11,952 nucleotides of DNA from an uncultured Gemmatimonadota bacterium (GCA_964584035.1 CAZOYL010000081.1:1-11952), one strand, 5' to 3'. Numbered from the stretch's first letter, positions 1 through 8,022 are shown. Notes: generated by a model not told the origin, from the letters alone. Made by a program: numbers and translations.

Positions 1-1317
1 GACCATGCCGCCGAACACCAGCATGACAATCCAAATAAAAAACAGTCCGGAAACTCGATAGACTTCGTTGGTAGGTACCGGGCGGCCATCCAGCAGGACG
101 GTCGACACGGCCTTGGGAGGGGTTCTGAGGCGGAACACTTCACGCCGGATTAGCTTGATCAAAATGCTGACTCGCAGAACCTTGATACCCCCTCCCGTGG
201 AACCCACACAGCCTCCGATGACCATCATGACCAGAAACAGCTGCCTGGCCACCTGCCCAAAAAACGGATGGGCGATATCTGTGGTTCCGAAACCGGTGGT
301 GGTGATAATGGATACTGTTTGAAAGAAAATCTGGCGGACATTCTCTTCCAAACGTCTCCAGAACACCAAACCGTTAAACGGGTGCAGGCCACCGAGAGCA
401 TTGAGCGATATCACCCGTTCGATGAGGATCAAAACGACGAAACCGATGATAAAGGTCCACCAGAGCTTCATCTCCGAAGTATCCCAGAGCGCTCGACCTT
501 CCCCCTTGAAAAAACGGTAATGGATGATGAAATTCGTTCCGCCCATTAGCATTCCCAGGATGAGGATGTATTCGATCCAGATGAAATGAGGATACCCGGT
601 GAGATGAAAATGCCCGATGCTGGCGTCATAGGGGGAAAATCCGCCGGTGGACAGCGCGGTAAAACTATGACACAGGCTGTCGAAAAGCGACATGCCGGCC
701 AGAAGAAGACTGACCAGGATAAAGATGGTAAATCCCCCATATATCGTCCATAAAATCCTCAGCGTATGAGCCAGTCCCGGTACCGGCCGGGTCATATCGA
801 TCTTGTGGCTTTCGGCTCCAAACAGACGATAAGCACCCTTTCTTCCAAAGGTCACCGCAAGAAAAAAGGTCAGGATCCCCAGACCGCCGAGCCATTGCGT
901 AAAACTTCGCCAGAATAGAATGCTCTTTGGAATGTGTTCCAAACCGGTGAACATGGTGATACCGGTCGTGGTAAATCCGCTCATGGTCTCAAAAAATCCA
1001 TCCAGATAGCTGGCTTTTATGGCAATAACAAAGGGAATGGCCCCGATCGCCGAGCAGAATAACCAGCCCAGAGCACAGATCAGCACAGCCTGCACTTCAC
1101 CCAGGGTGCCGGATAAAAAGAACCTCTTGCAGAACAATCCCAAGGCGATGGCGGTGATGCTGGCCCCGAAAAAAGCCAGCAGGGTCTCAGGACCCTGCCA
1201 GATCTCACCATCCAGAATTACAACGATCACCGGCAACAGGAGAAGAACGCCGAGAAGTAGCAGGATCGAGCCTAGAAAATGAAATACGATGCTGAATGTT
1301 CGTACAGAATTTTTCAT
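1..1317 (-). CDS. trkH: TrkH family potassium uptake membrane protein (3' end runs off the window)
   Basis: Not in the ORF track because its stop is outside the window. Translated by hand from the ATG at 1317: MKNSVRTFSIVFHFLGSILLLLGVLLLLP… It has many hydrophobic segments and TrkH motifs FFETMSGFTTTG, ILFWRSFTQWLGGLGI, HSFTALSTGGFS, IITTTGF and GGCVGSTGGGIKVLR. The frame is open to position 1. Confidence 0.95.
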   Translation of the reverse strand, partial: MKNSVRTFSIVFHFLGSILLLLGVLLLLPVIVVILDGEIWQGPETLLAFFGASITAIALGLFCKRFFLSGTLGEVQAVLICALGWLFCSAIGAIPFVIAIKASYLDGFFETMSGFTTTGITMFTGLEHIPKSILFWRSFTQWLGGLGILTFFLAVTFGRKGAYRLFGAESHKIDMTRPVPGLAHTLRILWTIYGGFTIFILVSLLLAGMSLFDSLCHSFTALSTGGFSPYDASIGHFHLTGYPHFIWIEYILILGMLMGGTNFIIHYRFFKGEGRALWDTSEMKLWWTFIIGFVVLILIERVISLNALGGLHPFNGLVFWRRLEENVRQIFFQTVSIITTTGFGTTDIAHPFFGQVARQLFLVMMVIGGCVGSTGGGIKVLRVSILIKLIRREVFRLRTPPKAVSTVLLDGRPVPTNEVYRVSGLFFIWIVMLVFGGMV

Positions 1318-1392
1318 GGCTGATTATCGGACCTCCGCAGCGGGTCGAATACGGATCACCGGCGCTCTCAATAGGCTGCTGCCCATTCCGAC

Positions 1393-2355
1393 TCATTTCT
1401 CTATGCCATATTTCCGCATTTTATACCGCAGGGCGCTTTCGCTCAGGCCCAATGCTCGGGCCGCCTTGAGCTGCACGGAACCGTGCTCTTGCAGAGCCCT
1501 CTCGATAAGTCCTCGCTCGACGCGACCCACTACCTCGGCCAGATGCGTCTGACCGGCCTGGAGATGAACGGTCAACTGCTGTTCCTCATAGTCGGTGACA
1601 GCGGGAACATAGTCAATGGGAAACGATTTTCCCTCGGCCATGACCACACCCCTTTGAACCACATTCTCCAGCTCTCTGACATTTCCGGGCCAGTGATGTT
1701 GCATGAAGGCCTCCATAACCTCTGGAGAAACGACCACCAGATCCCGTTCGTTCTCGCGGCAGTACTTCTGTATGAAATGATCCACCAGAAAGGGGATATC
1801 TTCTTTGCGGTCCCTGAGCGGCGGGATATTGATAGCCACGGTATTGAGTCGGTAAAAAAGATCTTTCCGGAATGTCTTTTGGGCAATAGCATCCTGAAGG
1901 TCCTGATTGGTGGCCGAAAGAATGCGGACATCCACATGAATGGTCTTGCTTCCCCCCACCCTTTCAAACTCTCTCTCCTGTAATACCCGAAGAACTTTGG
2001 CCTGGGTGGAAAGACTCATATCTCCTATTTCATCCAGAAAAATCGTGCCCTCGTCGGCCAGCTCGAATTTGCCCTTTCGGCTCTTTACTCCGGTAGCAAC
2101 CCTTTCCTCGATCCCAAAAAGCTCGGATTCCAGTAAGCTCTCGGTGAGAGCCGCGCAGTTGACCTTGAGAAAAGACTGCTCTTTCCGGGGACTGGAATAA
2201 TGTATCAATCGGGCCACCAATTCTTTTCCCGTACCGCTTTCCCCGAGTATCAGCACGTTGGCTTTTGCATGTGAAACGCGATCGATGATATTGAAAATTT
2301 CCTGCATGGCTTTACTGCTGCCGACGATATTCTCATGGTGGTATGGGGCGTTCAT
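1393..2355 (-). CDS. Sigma54-interaction (NtrC-like AAA+) transcriptional regulator with C-terminal Fis-type HTH and no N-terminal sensory domain; probably the C-terminal part of a split gene
   Basis: Walker A GESGTGKE, VNCAAL, ESELFG, Walker B IFLDEIG, QAKVLRVLQ, FRKDLFYRL, WPGNVRELEN and HTH AARALGLSESALRYKMRKYG. The GAFTGA loop reads RVATGV. A weak AAGGG RBS lies before the ATG. Confidence 0.93.
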   Translation of the reverse strand: MNAPYHHENIVGSSKAMQEIFNIIDRVSHAKANVLILGESGTGKELVARLIHYSSPRKEQSFLKVNCAALTESLLESELFGIEERVATGVKSRKGKFELADEGTIFLDEIGDMSLSTQAKVLRVLQEREFERVGGSKTIHVDVRILSATNQDLQDAIAQKTFRKDLFYRLNTVAINIPPLRDRKEDIPFLVDHFIQKYCRENERDLVVVSPEVMEAFMQHHWPGNVRELENVVQRGVVMAEGKSFPIDYVPAVTDYEEQQLTVHLQAGQTHLAEVVGRVERGLIERALQEHGSVQLKAARALGLSESALRYKMRKYGIEK

Positions 2356-2367
2356 TTCGCCCTTTAT

Positions 2368-5300
2368 TTATACGTTCTGCCCATGTTGCTCCTGGTACAT
2401 TCTGGCATTTTCTATTGCCAGGGCGGTTAAATTTGAAAACGACTCTAAAAACGATACATCCCGAGAGGAGAAAATGCCCGGAACTGTACGGTTATCGAGA
2501 TAGATCGTCCCGATCATCTGATCCTTGATGCTCAGCGGCACACAGAGAATAGACATGATGTTATACATGGTCACACTCTGCCATTGATTGAATTGTTTAT
2601 CCTGTAGGGCATTGTCGACCACCATCGGCTTTCCATTACGGGCCACGTTCTTAATGGTGCTGCGGCTGATCTCCAGAGCATCCGAAAGGGTCTGTTTTTC
2701 CATACTGCGCGCGATCTTGATCTCAAGTTCATCCTGGTTCGGTTTGTAGAGTATCACCGCTCCCCGCTCGGCATGAAGCAGCTCGATGGCAAGATCTAAA
2801 ACTTTTTCCAGCAACACATCGACATCACGAAGAGAATTGAGGATCTGACTCATGGTGTAGAGAGTGAATAATTCCGAGCTTTCCTGACGTTCCAGAGTGC
2901 TCTCAAGTTTCTGAAGTTGCTTCTGGATTTTCGACATATACCGTTTCACCCCCAATCTCTGGAAGATCATCAGAGCTTCGCGATAATACCGAATGGCTTG
3001 CCGTGTTTGATGTTCTCTCTGTTTGACGAGTCCGAGAAAGAAGTAGGTTTTGGCCAATTCATACCGTGCCTGAAGAGCCTGAGCATCCTCGACGGAGTGA
3101 AGCAGGAGCTTATCCGCCACTTGCCCGTGACCGGATAAAACCTCCACCATGCCCAACACCCGCCGAGCCTGGGCCTGAGCCAGAAGATTCCCCGCACGGG
3201 CGGCCTGAGCGAGCGCCTGCTCGCCATGCCGCCGGGCATGATCCACCTCACCACGGGCCAGCCACAGTTCCGAGAGGGCTACGTCGGCATAGAGGCAGCC
3301 CATTGGATCTTCGCGCTCCTGAAAACCTTTCCGGCTCGATGTCAGGTACTCCTGGGCTCGACGACCATGATCCTGATCGAGATGCAGGCGGCCCAGATTC
3401 AGCTCGGAATAGCAGATGCCCAGCTCATCGCCTATACGGCTGCGTATCCGGAGAGCCTTCTGATAGTTCTGCTCGGCCTCCTTCCACCGGCCTTTGAGGC
3501 GAGCAAGATCTCCAAGATTATCATAGGAACCGGCCAACCCATAGCGATCTTTCAGATTTTGACGGATTTTGAGAGCCGTCTCCTGACAACGGCGGGCCTC
3601 CTCCCAGACGCCCTGATGCATGTAAATAATACCCAGGTTGTTCAGGGTCAGGGCCAGACCATCCAGGTCGCCGATACGGTCCTTGATCGCCTGGCTCTGT
3701 TGATAGAAAAGTACGGCCTCCTCCCATTGTCCTGCTTCAGCATAAGCCATCGCCAAATTATGGCAGGCTTTAGCTTCACCAAAGACATCGGCCGTGGTTT
3801 TTCTCAAATGAAGTGACTCCTGAAAATGCTCCACGGCTCTGCTCATATGACCCTGAGCGAGGTGCGCCAGACCCAGATTGTCCAGGAGAGCGGCGATGCG
3901 ATCCTGATCGCCCAGCTCCTGATACATCTTCAGCGAACGCTCATAATAGGCCTGCGCCTCTTCATAGCGACCCAGGGTCCAGGTCACTACGCCCAGGCTG
4001 TTGAATACCCTGGCAGTATCCGAACGATCCTGTTGCCAACGCAGCATTTTCAGCGCCCGGCCCAGCGTGTTCTCGGCCGCCCGATAGTCGGCCTTCATCC
4101 TCTGGGCCCAGCCTTTTTCAGCCAAAAGTCGCGCTCGCGGCAGACGGAAACCTTTCGATCCGGCCAGCTTGAGTCCCTCTTCCAGCACCTTAAGGGCCTC
4201 ATCATAAAGGCTCTGCCGCCGAAAGAGGACGGCCTTCTTTAATAGTATTTCCAGACGTTGACGGGACCTGCCTTTTCCCAACCGCTGAAGAGCTTGGTCA
4301 TAGGCCTGAAGACCCAGGTCATACTGCCCGGTCAGCGAACTGGCATCTCCCTGTCCTTCCAATATGGGAATCAGGGCCGTGGTGCGTTTAAGCTGTTTTC
4401 CAGCCTCCAGGGCCTGAGCGAATAGACACGCCGCCGTCTCCGGTTGCGAGGAGGCCAGGGCTTCCCGGGCAGCCAGTGAAGCATATCGCATCGCTTTGCC
4501 CCACCTCTGGCTGCGTCCGAAGTGTTCAGCCAAAGCGCGATGGTTCTGTTTCGATTCCGGCTGATTCTCCAAATGAAGCGCCAGACGATGATGCAGCCTT
4601 TTCCGGATGCCGGAAGACATCGAGTTGTAAAGATGTTCTCTCAGGCCCGGCCTCGAAAAGTGATACCGGGCTTCGGGTTCATCCTGATCTCGAGTTCTGA
4701 TCAACCACCCCGCGTGAAGAGCCTCCGCAAGGTGTCGGAAAGGAGCCGTTCCGGTGGTTGACACGATGGGAGCGATATCTTCCGGCCGGAAAGACTCTCC
4801 GAATACGGCAGCGGCCTTCAAGATATCTCCCACACTATGATTGATGCTGCCGGCAAGCGGTTTATCGATATCCTTCAGAATCTCTGAATAATCAATTCTC
4901 TCCAGTTTCTCTCTCTGCAACAGCCACCTGCCGGTCTGATAGACCAGCACTCCCCGATCGATCAGGGCTGAAACGATGGCATTAGCATAGAGCGGGTTTC
5001 CCCCCGATGTCTGAAAAACGGACTCGGCGAGCGATTCCAGATCGCGCAGCAGCCGGAATCGAGATCGGAGCATCTCCGTCAGGGCCGTCCTGCTGAGAGG
5101 CCGGAGAGAAAAAGAGCGAAATGAATCCCTTTTCTTCCCTCGTTTCAAGGACTTGAACCGCTCCAGGCGGTCATCGTTCAGCCTGGAGGCATCATAGCTG
5201 CAGCAAATCAGGACCGATTGACGGGAAAGACGCTGAACGAGATACTGTAGAAAATCCAGCATCATCGGATCGGCGGCCTCCAGATCTTCGATGATCAGGA

Positions 5301-6471
5301 CGGGCGCACATGAGAATTGGCTGATCTGCCGGCACAGAAGCTCCCAGGTTTGATAATTATCGGCCTTGCTGCCGGAACCATGGTCTTCCCGATCCCGCAC
5401 GGGCATGAATCTGTTCAGCCAGTTTTCGTTTAATACGGCCGTCCCCTCGAGCTGGCAGTGAATGCTGAATTCCTTCAGAAGCCGTGTCTTGCCTGTCCCC
5501 CGCGGCGCCTCCAATAAAGCCACAACAGGCTGGCCCGACTGTGACTGGTGGTGCCAGGACTGCAGGCGAGCGAGCTCTCTGCCGCGCCCCACGAACTGGC
5601 TCGGCGGCAGTATGCCAGAGACTTGCTGCTGCTGTTCTGATAAAGTATATCCTTCTTTTTCGCTAAGCGCCGCTATCACGGAGGCGGCTGTGGGAAACCG
5701 GTCCAGTGGGTCTTTTTCCAGAAGCCGGAAGATGATCTTCTCTAGAGCGGCCGGTATGTGTACCTGGTGTGATCTCAGGCCGGCCGGTGTCAGTTCGAGA
5801 TGTCTCCTGAGAATTTGGCGAGGATCCTGGGATCGAAAGGGGTTTTTCCCTGTCAACACTTCATACAGGGTTACGCCCAGGGAATAGAGATCGGCCCGGC
5901 GATCTATCGGAGCTCCGCGGATGGCCTCAGGTGAAAAGTATTCCAGGGTTCCGGATAGATATCGGACATCTCCGGATCCGGCCATCGCGGCGAGACCGAA
6001 ATCACTCAGCTTCGCGCACAGGCGGCCTGAGTCGGCGGTGTGAAGAAGGATATTATCGGGCTTGATATCCTGGTGAATTAATCCGTATCCGTGAAGATAC
6101 TCCAGGCCCAGGCAGATATCCACCACGATGGAATAAAATTGGGTCAGGTGATTCTTCTTAATGAAAGAGTGCACCTGCTTGGTTCCGAAGTGCGGACCCT
6201 GCACATATTCCATGACAAAGTAAGGCTGCCCCCGGGATGTGATACCATAATCGAATATTCTGACAATGGAGGGATGATCCAGGTGGCTGAGCAAGGCGAA
6301 TTCCTGACGAAACGCCCGGGCGGTTTCGGGTATGACGGATTCAGCATGAATAATTTTTAAAGCCACGGGCTGGTCCTGACTCTCGGTTCGGGCCAGGTAC
6401 ACCACCCCACTGGAGCCCGAGCCCAGCTTCCGAAGCAGTTTGAAACGACCATCGATGATTCGCTCAGCCAT
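2368..6471 (-). CDS. Multidomain Ser/Thr protein kinase / STAND-like (AAA_16-type) P-loop NTPase / TPR repeat / GAF protein
   Basis: Kinase (~5665-6471): GSGSSGVVY, VALK, HQDIKPDN, DFG, GTLEYFSPE, DLYSLG. NTPase: FVGRGRELARL, APRGTGKT, VLIIED, GGNPLY. Then 40-aa-period TPRs (NSLG/DNLG/HNLA/NNLG/DNLG…). C-terminal GAF: LLEKVLDLAIELLHAERGAVIL…SILCVPL…IGTIYLDN…FSSRDVSFL…ALAIENA. Confidence 0.92.
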   Translation of the reverse strand: MAERIIDGRFKLLRKLGSGSSGVVYLARTESQDQPVALKIIHAESVIPETARAFRQEFALLSHLDHPSIVRIFDYGITSRGQPYFVMEYVQGPHFGTKQVHSFIKKNHLTQFYSIVVDICLGLEYLHGYGLIHQDIKPDNILLHTADSGRLCAKLSDFGLAAMAGSGDVRYLSGTLEYFSPEAIRGAPIDRRADLYSLGVTLYEVLTGKNPFRSQDPRQILRRHLELTPAGLRSHQVHIPAALEKIIFRLLEKDPLDRFPTAASVIAALSEKEGYTLSEQQQQVSGILPPSQFVGRGRELARLQSWHHQSQSGQPVVALLEAPRGTGKTRLLKEFSIHCQLEGTAVLNENWLNRFMPVRDREDHGSGSKADNYQTWELLCRQISQFSCAPVLIIEDLEAADPMMLDFLQYLVQRLSRQSVLICCSYDASRLNDDRLERFKSLKRGKKRDSFRSFSLRPLSRTALTEMLRSRFRLLRDLESLAESVFQTSGGNPLYANAIVSALIDRGVLVYQTGRWLLQREKLERIDYSEILKDIDKPLAGSINHSVGDILKAAAVFGESFRPEDIAPIVSTTGTAPFRHLAEALHAGWLIRTRDQDEPEARYHFSRPGLREHLYNSMSSGIRKRLHHRLALHLENQPESKQNHRALAEHFGRSQRWGKAMRYASLAAREALASSQPETAACLFAQALEAGKQLKRTTALIPILEGQGDASSLTGQYDLGLQAYDQALQRLGKGRSRQRLEILLKKAVLFRRQSLYDEALKVLEEGLKLAGSKGFRLPRARLLAEKGWAQRMKADYRAAENTLGRALKMLRWQQDRSDTARVFNSLGVVTWTLGRYEEAQAYYERSLKMYQELGDQDRIAALLDNLGLAHLAQGHMSRAVEHFQESLHLRKTTADVFGEAKACHNLAMAYAEAGQWEEAVLFYQQSQAIKDRIGDLDGLALTLNNLGIIYMHQGVWEEARRCQETALKIRQNLKDRYGLAGSYDNLGDLARLKGRWKEAEQNYQKALRIRSRIGDELGICYSELNLGRLHLDQDHGRRAQEYLTSSRKGFQEREDPMGCLYADVALSELWLARGEVDHARRHGEQALAQAARAGNLLAQAQARRVLGMVEVLSGHGQVADKLLLHSVEDAQALQARYELAKTYFFLGLVKQREHQTRQAIRYYREALMIFQRLGVKRYMSKIQKQLQKLESTLERQESSELFTLYTMSQILNSLRDVDVLLEKVLDLAIELLHAERGAVILYKPNQDELEIKIARSMEKQTLSDALEISRSTIKNVARNGKPMVVDNALQDKQFNQWQSVTMYNIMSILCVPLSIKDQMIGTIYLDNRTVPGIFSSRDVSFLESFSNLTALAIENARMYQEQHGQNV

Positions 6472-6536
6472 CCGATGCCCTTTTCATCTTAAAACCGATC
6501 GACTCCAAGCATGCAAAATTTCAACCGAGCCTCTCC

Positions 6537-6565
6537 ATTATAGACTCAATTCTCTGGGGTGTCAA
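6537..6565 (-). promoter_or_regulatory. Sigma70-type promoter for the kinase gene
   Basis: Minus strand reads TTGACA (6565-6560), a 17-nt spacer, then TATAAT (6542-6537). This is a perfect consensus about 65 nt upstream of the ATG at 6471. Confidence 0.85.
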
Positions 6566-6583
6566 GAGATTTAGAAAATTTTC

Positions 6584-6612
6584 TTGACAATTTCTTCGTT
6601 TTGATGTAGTAT
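6584..6612 (+). promoter_or_regulatory. Sigma70-type promoter for the 415-aa membrane protein gene
   Basis: TTGACA (6584-6589), a 17-nt spacer, then TAGTAT (6607-6612), about 68 nt upstream of the ATG at 6681. Confidence 0.75.
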
Positions 6613-6680
6613 GAAGTTCATAGAGTATCTTTTTCTCAAGAAGAGCCTTTTTCACTTCGCCAGCGGGGGTTTAAAAGACA

Positions 6681-7928
6681 ATGGAGAACTCTGAGGACAA
6701 AGGAAAGAGCACAGAGAAAGGCCCGGTTCCTTTCTGGGGCGGAGAGAACGATGACAAACAGGATTACTCCATGGATTGGGACCACGACGGTCACTTCTGG
6801 ATCGGATTGACGACCGATCATGTCGAAACAGTCGTTTCCTTGATCCGCCAGATGCTGGTTGAGAAGATAGGCGGCGAATGGTCCCCAAAACCTTCTCCAA
6901 GAGCGTCCGGACGATACCTGGAAGAGCGTCATAACCATTTCCTGTTTGCCGATTTCACCCGTAAGGGCTATAAGCAGCGCTATGCCGAGATCCATCCGGT
7001 CGAGACAGGAAAAACGATCTTCCTTCGTTTCTGGGGGGACCTGTGGCAGGATGCTAAAAACATCCTGGAACGTCAGGGATTTCAGTATTCTCCGGAAATG
7101 CCAAAAGCCTATCAGCTCAAGGTTCCCGGCATGGAGCTCAGCGCCGAGCGTCAGGCCGTTCTAGAAATATTCAAACAATCTCAACCATTGGTCGTTCCGG
7201 AGGGAAAGCTGGTGGCCACCCGAGTGAAGTCCAATTCCTGGATCGGCATCCTCTTCGTGGTCATCGTTCTGGGCGTAACCGCTATCTTGCTGCGCGACCA
7301 GTTGGGTCAACTGTTCATCAAGGAAGAGCCCCTGGAACTGGGTAAGATCTTAGCCGTTCGATCAAATATGTCCGTCTTCGAGACGCCGGAGGGAACCCTC
7401 ATCTTTGGCCTGTCCCCTGACGATGTTGAATCGAAGATCAAACCGGAGAATGTGTTCTATGGCGGGCTGATCGATACCTCGCAGACGAACTATTACGCCA
7501 TCAAGAAAATCAAGGGAGCTGGCGGACTGGTTTTCTACCAGGCGCCTCCAGAGGCAATCGTTTCGATTCCCGAGCACCTGACCGGTGAGCAACTGGCCGA
7601 ATACAAGCCCGTCGATGCCTCCTCCTTCCGCTATGACCGGAAGAAGGATTGGGAAGCACTACGAGATCAGAAGGTGGCCCTGAAAGGAGATCTTTTTGAG
7701 GAGGAAGATGGTTTCTATCTCCAGGCCGGCGATGGGTTTATCAAGATCGGCACGGCCGACACATTTATTCTCCTCAATCTCCAGATCGCATTGCTCAAAG
7801 GCCGGCCGGTCACCCTCTTTGGAACCGTCGGCGCGACCTATGATTGGCAAGAGGTCCGTAAAGACTCCAAAAAAATGTTCCGCTTCAACATCGTTCCGGT
7901 AAGCTACGAAACCCTTACCGCGAATTAA
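6681..7928 (+). CDS. Hypothetical single-pass membrane protein (415 aa)
   Basis: Long ORF lying between a promoter and a terminator. One hydrophobic stretch, WIGILFVVIVLGVTAILL (aa 187-204, nt ~7239-7292). I do not recognise the family. Confidence 0.85.
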   Translation: MENSEDKGKSTEKGPVPFWGGENDDKQDYSMDWDHDGHFWIGLTTDHVETVVSLIRQMLVEKIGGEWSPKPSPRASGRYLEERHNHFLFADFTRKGYKQRYAEIHPVETGKTIFLRFWGDLWQDAKNILERQGFQYSPEMPKAYQLKVPGMELSAERQAVLEIFKQSQPLVVPEGKLVATRVKSNSWIGILFVVIVLGVTAILLRDQLGQLFIKEEPLELGKILAVRSNMSVFETPEGTLIFGLSPDDVESKIKPENVFYGGLIDTSQTNYYAIKKIKGAGGLVFYQAPPEAIVSIPEHLTGEQLAEYKPVDASSFRYDRKKDWEALRDQKVALKGDLFEEEDGFYLQAGDGFIKIGTADTFILLNLQIALLKGRPVTLFGTVGATYDWQEVRKDSKKMFRFNIVPVSYETLTAN

Positions 7929-7946
7929 GTTTTATGAACAGGCGTG

Positions 7947-7984
7947 AAAAGGGGGCAGCATCTCGAATGCTGCCCCCTTTTTTT
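7947..7984. terminator. Bidirectional intrinsic terminator
   Basis: AAAA-GGGGGCAGCAT-ctcga-ATGCTGCCCCC-TTTTTTT: an 11-bp perfect stem with T7 on the plus strand and T4 on the minus strand, between convergent genes. Confidence 0.9.
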
Positions 7985-8022
7985 ATCCAAGTTTATCACC
8001 CGATTTACTCGCCGAGGATCCC

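Noticed and set aside
1393..2355. Activator as RtcR, the sigma54 regulator of rtcB
   Set aside because: It has no N-terminal CARF domain, lies about 9 kb from rtcB and is in frame with the kinase-GAF gene.
2368..2370. Genome-wide stop-codon reassignment, or Sec/Pyl insertion, as the explanation for the in-frame TAA
   Set aside because: TAA ends rtcB, amrS and the 415-aa gene in this window, and TGA ends trxA and trxB at their expected C-termini. Sec uses TGA and Pyl uses TAG, not TAA.
5623..5636. Short CAG-type run encoding QQQQ in the kinase-NTPase linker
   Set aside because: Too short to be a meaningful repeat or contingency locus.
68..6360. Many short ORFs on the plus strand or in alternative frames (e.g. 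1483..1983, 3226..3816, 3826..4242, 5462..5887)
   Set aside because: They are shadows of trkH, the bEBP gene and the kinase gene, with no recognisable motifs.
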